A stretch of DNA of 64,000 bases from Nitrosopumilaceae archaeon (GTDB lineage: Archaea; Thermoproteota; Nitrososphaeria; Nitrososphaerales; Nitrosopumilaceae). A program made the position numbers and the translations under genes. The stretch covers positions 928,001-992,000 of the forward strand of contig CBDCCK010000002.1 of the NCBI GenBank assembly GCA_965214835.1, in the 5' to 3' direction. Shown here piece by piece: positions 59,292-64,000 of the stretch; within the stretch, counting starts at the first letter, position 1, and the number at the start of each line of letters is the position of its first letter. Below the pieces are notes generated by a model. That model ran no database searches. It saw only the letters and a program-made list of their open reading frames with translations, and was not told the origin of the DNA.

Positions 59292-59888
59292 CTATTTTAA
59301 AACACTATTTTTGAGCCTGGTTCCAATCCTACCTGTGACGTCCAGACGTGTTACGCTTTTTGGTTCCATTCCTTTGTTGTCTGCCCACGCGACGATGTCC
59401 GCCAGTGCATGGGCATCGCCATCACGGGCATGCGTCACGTATGTATGTCTTAGGCCAACATCCTTTGCAAAATCGATACAGTCGCCATCGCATTGGAATA
59501 CAACGTCTGACAGGGCGTGTCTGTGTGCAGCCAGGAAATGCTGAATCCTGCCCCGGAGTTCTTTTAGCAACAGGCGATTATACGCCCTCAAGACCCTCCT
59601 GGTTGTGGCATAACTATTCTTAGTTTTTTTCATTTTGACGATTTTATCGACTATGAGATCTCTGTCTATTTTAACGCATAATACGGAACATTCTTTGCTG
59701 CGAAACTCCAACCTAGATAGGATGGATCTGCGGACCTTTCTGGGCATGCCACTCATGTGTATCTGTCTGTATCCCAAAGATTCCACGAGTGATCGTATGT
59801 ACGTATCAACGCCGATAACAACCGCCAGGTACAGGTTCTGTTGTCTTGGACATCCGGACACGTCCAACCCAGCTACAAGTCCGGGCAT
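59292..59888 (-). CDS. DUF3800-like RNase H-fold protein
   Basis: AGLDVSG at the N-terminus, QCDGD, ALADIVAW at the C-terminus. Confidence 0.6.
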   Translation of the reverse strand: MPGLVAGLDVSGCPRQQNLYLAVVIGVDTYIRSLVESLGYRQIHMSGMPRKVRRSILSRLEFRSKECSVLCVKIDRDLIVDKIVKMKKTKNSYATTRRVLRAYNRLLLKELRGRIQHFLAAHRHALSDVVFQCDGDCIDFAKDVGLRHTYVTHARDGDAHALADIVAWADNKGMEPKSVTRLDVTGRIGTRLKNSVLK

Positions 59889-60249
59889 GGCTTGACCGAT
59901 CCTGCACGTAACGTAGTTGATGCATCCGTATGCTTGCCAGTTCGTCCGCCCTTCCTTGTGTTCCGCATTGTCATGTCTTTGCTCCTTACACTCTTTTTTT
60001 GGTAGGTAAAAAGCCTCCTGTGTCGGACTTGCTGACATAAGAGTAACACGATTTCCTCCCCCCGGCAATCAGATGCTGATGGATACATCAGAAAAGACGT
60101 TCGGTCCGCCGACAGTCCGCAGTCCGTACCGCATCCTGCATGCGATCACGGTGGGCTGAACCTGCAATCCAAAACAATTTTAAACAGACGCATCCATACA
60201 CAGAGCGAGCATCTTGATGAAACCCAAATTTGGGGGGATTTCATCGCCT

Positions 60250-60304
60250 GAGAGCCGTAGAAACGCTCCGGTTAGCTTGCCGTTGGTCTGCGGGTGGTGG
60301 GGCC
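60250..60304 (-). pseudogene. short IS481 integrase remnant
   Basis: PHHPQTNGKL / ERFYG. Confidence 0.55.
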
Positions 60305-60433
60305 GAGGTTGTCGCCTAATTCCCCCTGCCTGACTCAATCTGCACACTTTTCTGAATTTCCACTTCCTTTGCACGCCTAATCCAGCGACACCACATGGTT
60401 TTTAGGAATTCTGATGAATTAGGCGACAACCTC
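60305..60433. mobile_element. MITE of about 130 bp, copy 3
   Basis: GAGGTTGTCGCCTAATTC...GAATTAGGCGACAACCTC; no duplication. Confidence 0.88.
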
Positions 60434-60551
60434 CCTTCTATGTCCACATAGAAAACTCAAATGATGTGCTTATAGGTCATTCTGAAGTAGTTTACGCATC
60501 ACTCGACGGTTAACACGGGGAATTATCACGCTATAAGTTAACAGAACCTGG

Positions 60552-61718
60552 TCATGGCAGCTGCCACGAATTTGTAGTTCCATCTACGCGCCACACATAC
60601 CAAGGATTCGTTCTGTCGCTGGCCTCTATCGTAGTTTCTATGACTGTACATTCAGTATCCGCAAGATACGAATTATATACCTCAGACAGGCCTACTGTGA
60701 CCACTGCATGGACTACGTTGTATCCATTCGAGTTGGAGCATGTGGATACACGGAAGTCCATGTTATTGCTTGTTCCATGGCCTATTCCTTCATGTCCTTC
60801 CACATATGGCGGTTGGGCCGTAATATTATGTTCTCCAATACTATAAAGTCCGTACGTAGCTACTTGGCAGTTGCCATACGTGCAGATCCAAGGCTCGCCG
60901 TAGACTATGGAAAAATGAGGCGTCAGATCCAAAGCATCAGCATCTGGTAAAAACAGACTTATCCACTCTGATACGACATCTGGTATGCTGCCGGCATCTT
61001 GCTCGTGCGCCCTACTTTCCAACATCTCCTTCAGCTGGTTGGAGTCACAGTTCTTGGCATACTGGCACGCAAAGATATTGATCACGACGTTCCAGTATTT
61101 TGGATCCTGATCAAACAGTTCCTCAGGAACGTTTCCATGCTCTGCCAAAATGTTGAACTTGGCAGCCACGTCATCGGCAAATCGTACAAAGTCGGCGTTG
61201 CCGACGATCTCCAGCAACCTGGCATCTATCTGTTCTACGGTTTCGGGGGCGGGATGCTTCGATCCAACCCAGTCGTGAAACTTTGCTGCCGGATCGGCTG
61301 CACTGTATCGGCCCTCAAGTTTTTGCTTTGTGACAACAAGGGATACGATCTCGTGACTGTACCCATCCTTTTCAATTATGGTGTCAAAGTTGTATATCGC
61401 ATTGTGCGTCTTTACCATGTTCTCATTCCAGCCGTTCTGCGGGTGCTGATAACTGGAGTATCCCTTTATCGCACCAAAACTCTCTTGGAATTTTAGCGCG
61501 TCTGGATACTGCGACTCCCATTTTTCACCGTATCTGTCTGCCAGCTTGTCATCAGGCATTGTGTCCTCCTGCAGGGCCTTATGCCGTAGCACCTCTAGTT
61601 CTTGCAGGTACTTTTCCATTCTTTACTCCTCTGCAAAGGCAGCGTTGCCCGAAAGCGACAGTATGGCCACTGCGATCAGGGAGGCAAAAATGACAGTTTT
61701 TGCGTTTTTTGCAATCAT
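60552..61718 (-). pseudogene. secreted hypothetical protein with an in-frame TAA just after the signal peptide
   Basis: MIAKNAKTVIFASLIAVAILSLSGNAAFAEE*RMEKY; stop at 61623-25. Confidence 0.7.
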
Positions 61719-61971
61719 TGTTGATACAGTTCGAGGTAGTTGCATATAATAGACTTTATGCGTAATCGACCGTGATTAAAAATTCCGTAGGGTTTTCCAA
61801 GCGTAGATGTGTTGATCAGATCAAGATGCCGCATGCAGATACGTCATGACGCGCACAAAAATCAGCTCTTGCCAAAAAGATGTGCGCAGCCATGCAGCAC
61901 GGTGATGTGCCCTGTTGTCAAGTCATAAGAAAGGCGGCTCGTGCCGCCGTACGTTATATTTCAAGCAGATG

Positions 61972-63151
61972 TCAATACTTTTTCATTTTCAATATCGTCT
62001 TGAGGTTCTCAAGACCCGTAATTACCTGCATGAAATAATTGAGATCCCTGGCGGTTCCGCCAAACGGCATGGTCAGGATGTCATGTTTATTGAGCCGTCC
62101 TATGTGATGCTCCACCTTGACGCGGATCCTGCTGACCCGCTTGCGGCGCCTCTTTTGCGTTTTGGTAAGCTCCCCGTCTCTGGGCTTCTTGGGAGGCTGC
62201 TTGTGTGTGGCGCCCGGAAGCATCTTTTGCATGCCCCCAAAGCCCAGGTCGGTATAAATTACAAACGCATTTTCCGGGTCGTCTGCGTTTCCTGCACTCT
62301 TCATTGATCTGGCGTGCCTTCCAAAGTCAGGGCCGCCTCCCGCGTTCATCATACCCTTGTCATTGACGCTGCCGTCTGCAGTCTTGCTGCAGTCCATCAT
62401 GAGGCCGCCCAGGTTCGTGGTAACCAGTGTGTTGTACATGTGCCGCTTTTTTCTTCCCGTGTACCTAGTCTCTCCTGCGGTCTTGTCCCCAGGCCTGTCT
62501 ACGGGAGTCAGGGTTCCGTCAATCAGGAGCGTCCTTTTTGGGATCAGCTTCTCATCCAGCTTGTCTGCCGGGGTCTTGCAGATGACGTCTTTTATCTTTT
62601 CGGTAGTAGGCAATACTTGGCGCAGTACCACTATACAGTACTGGAGGTACCTGGATATCGTGGACTGGTCAACGTCAAATGTTGCGGCCAGGTGCTGCTG
62701 CGTTGCGTTGGTTCTCATGCTCATGAGTACTGCAAGCAGCGCGTGTCTGATGTGCAGCTTGCACCGGTTTCCCGCATCGCTGCGGTTCATGTCGTCCTCC
62801 CAGAATATGGGCCTGTCCACGTCTGCCATGACTGTTTCTGTAAAGCGCTCCAGTATGATCTCAAATGATTCTTTTGTGCATCCCGTGACGCCGCAAAGGT
62901 GCGCCGGGTCTCTTATTATACCGTCTGCAAGCTCGATTGCGTGCATCCGCAGTGCCCGGCCGCCGCGCACGGTTCTTTCTGCCTTGTTTTCTTCGTACTG
63001 CCACAGCGAGTTCTCAAAGGCAAGCCGGTTCTCCAGCTGTTCTTTTTGCTTGGAGATCTGGCCTGTTTTGCTTGCACACCTGCTTGTTTTGTTCGACTAA
63101 CTGCCTGTTTTGCTCTTGTAGTGTTTGGACAAGCCTGTCATCTGAGCCCAT
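61972..63151 (-). pseudogene. IS5-like transposase with a one-base frameshift near 63060
   Basis: LIDGT, YTGRKK, TDLGF, RVKVEHHIGRL; the N-terminal coiled coil is in another frame. Confidence 0.85.
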
Positions 63152-63172
63152 ACCATCATAGAATCACTATTA

Positions 63173-63250
63173 GACTTTATGCGTAATCGACCTGAATGTG
63201 ATGAATTTGTTCGTAATAATCCTAGTTCTGAACCGATTATGCATAAGGTC
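63173..63250. mobile_element. 78-bp MITE nested in its own IS family
   Basis: Inverted near-copy of 14768..14845. Confidence 0.9.
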
Positions 63251-63371
63251 TATTGATCTTTATGGTTGTAGGCATGCAAATCATGATCTTTTATGTTGTA
63301 TTTTTAGATCAGATGGGTCGATTACGCATAATGTCTAGTGTTTAAATGCATTCGATACCACTATTGGACAC

Positions 63372-64000
63372 ATGGATGCGGCCATCGGATTTGCAGGCAA
63401 GCTAGTCGTTGCGCTTTTGTTGCCGGGACTGGCCGTCATGCCGCTTGCCACAGATGCGCTCGGCCATTCGTATCCCGGTTATGTGGCACAGCCAGTCAGC
63501 TTTGGGGGCATAAGTGCTACGGTGGGAGTGATACTTACTCCCTACGATATCACAGCAGGCCAAACAGATGATGTCAGCATGCAGGTCAGCTTTTTTGACA
63601 CGGCAACCGGCATGTATTTCGATGAGGTTGTATACAGGATTGAGATTTACCGCAGTGGTGACCTGCTGGCACGTAGTCTTTTCTATGATGCGGACGGCAC
63701 CCTTGACATAGAGATAAGGCCCGTCCTGACGTGTGACCGGCCAGACCTCTGGCAGTGTACCGAGTATTTTGGCGAGCGCCATACGGTTAGCGGGGGATTT
63801 TTTGCCAAAGACGGGGAGAGACCCGTGATTCAGGGGCCGATATTTGACAGGGGAGGGCTGTACAACATCCGGGTCACAATTGAGAGCGTGACTGACCCGG
63901 AGGGCCTGCTTGACGAACCGCCGGAATTTAATGTCTTTGCCGCCGTGGCACAGGAATATGACTTTCTCATCCAAACCGTGCAAGCACGGGAGGTTCCCAT
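63372..64000 (+). CDS. secreted thaumarchaeal surface protein (partial, runs off the window)
   Basis: MDAAIGFAGKLVVALLLPG..YRIEIYRSGDLLARSLFYD..IQGPIFDRGGLYNIRV; no stop before the edge. Confidence 0.75.
   Translation, partial: MDAAIGFAGKLVVALLLPGLAVMPLATDALGHSYPGYVAQPVSFGGISATVGVILTPYDITAGQTDDVSMQVSFFDTATGMYFDEVVYRIEIYRSGDLLARSLFYDADGTLDIEIRPVLTCDRPDLWQCTEYFGERHTVSGGFFAKDGERPVIQGPIFDRGGLYNIRVTIESVTDPEGLLDEPPEFNVFAAVAQEYDFLIQTVQAREVP

Larger units (their letters stand above)
61752..63335 (-). mobile_element. IS5/ISL2-like element, second family member
   Basis: GACTTTATGCGTAATCGACC...GGTCGATTACGCATAATGTC flanked by TA. Confidence 0.88.

Noticed and set aside
56675-60272. One IS481 gene split by a 3.6-kb insert (PQTNGKL at 60.3 kb, RFHRT at 56.7 kb)
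   Set aside because: The 60.3-kb piece has its own ERFYG continuation, so these are two separate remnants.
63402-63983. 193-aa minus-strand ORF in the track
   Set aside because: Antisense to a better supported plus-strand secreted protein that runs off the window.
1-64000. CRISPR array or cas operon
   Set aside because: No regularly spaced repeat-spacer array was seen. The RecB-like gene at 56.7-57.8 kb lacks the Cas4 Fe-S cysteine pattern and any cas context.

Overview
Archaeal chromosomal segment. By inference it comes from an ammonia-oxidising thaumarchaeote (Nitrosopumilaceae-like): it has the rpoL-tfs-pcn cluster, a PEF-CTERM protein, cobJ/bluB and a tRNA with a D-loop intron. Two housekeeping blocks (about 1-17 kb and 38.5-52.5 kb) alternate with two very IS-dense accessory regions (about 17-38.4 kb and 52.5-64 kb). 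These hold nested IS66-like, IS3, IS5/ISL2-like, ISH3, IS630, IS481 and IS110 elements, at least six MITE families, toxin-antitoxin pairs, a DNA methyltransferase, nuclease pseudogenes and glycosyltransferases. The main finding is an IS110 element (34973-36322) inserted at a CT core inside the terminal inverted repeat of an IS66-type element. Its upstream non-coding region folds into a two-loop bridge RNA whose guide segments match the reconstructed target and the right half of the donor junction. This suggests an archaeal RNA-guided recombinase programmed against another transposon family's ends. All calls come from reading the sequence by eye; no database search or folding program was run.
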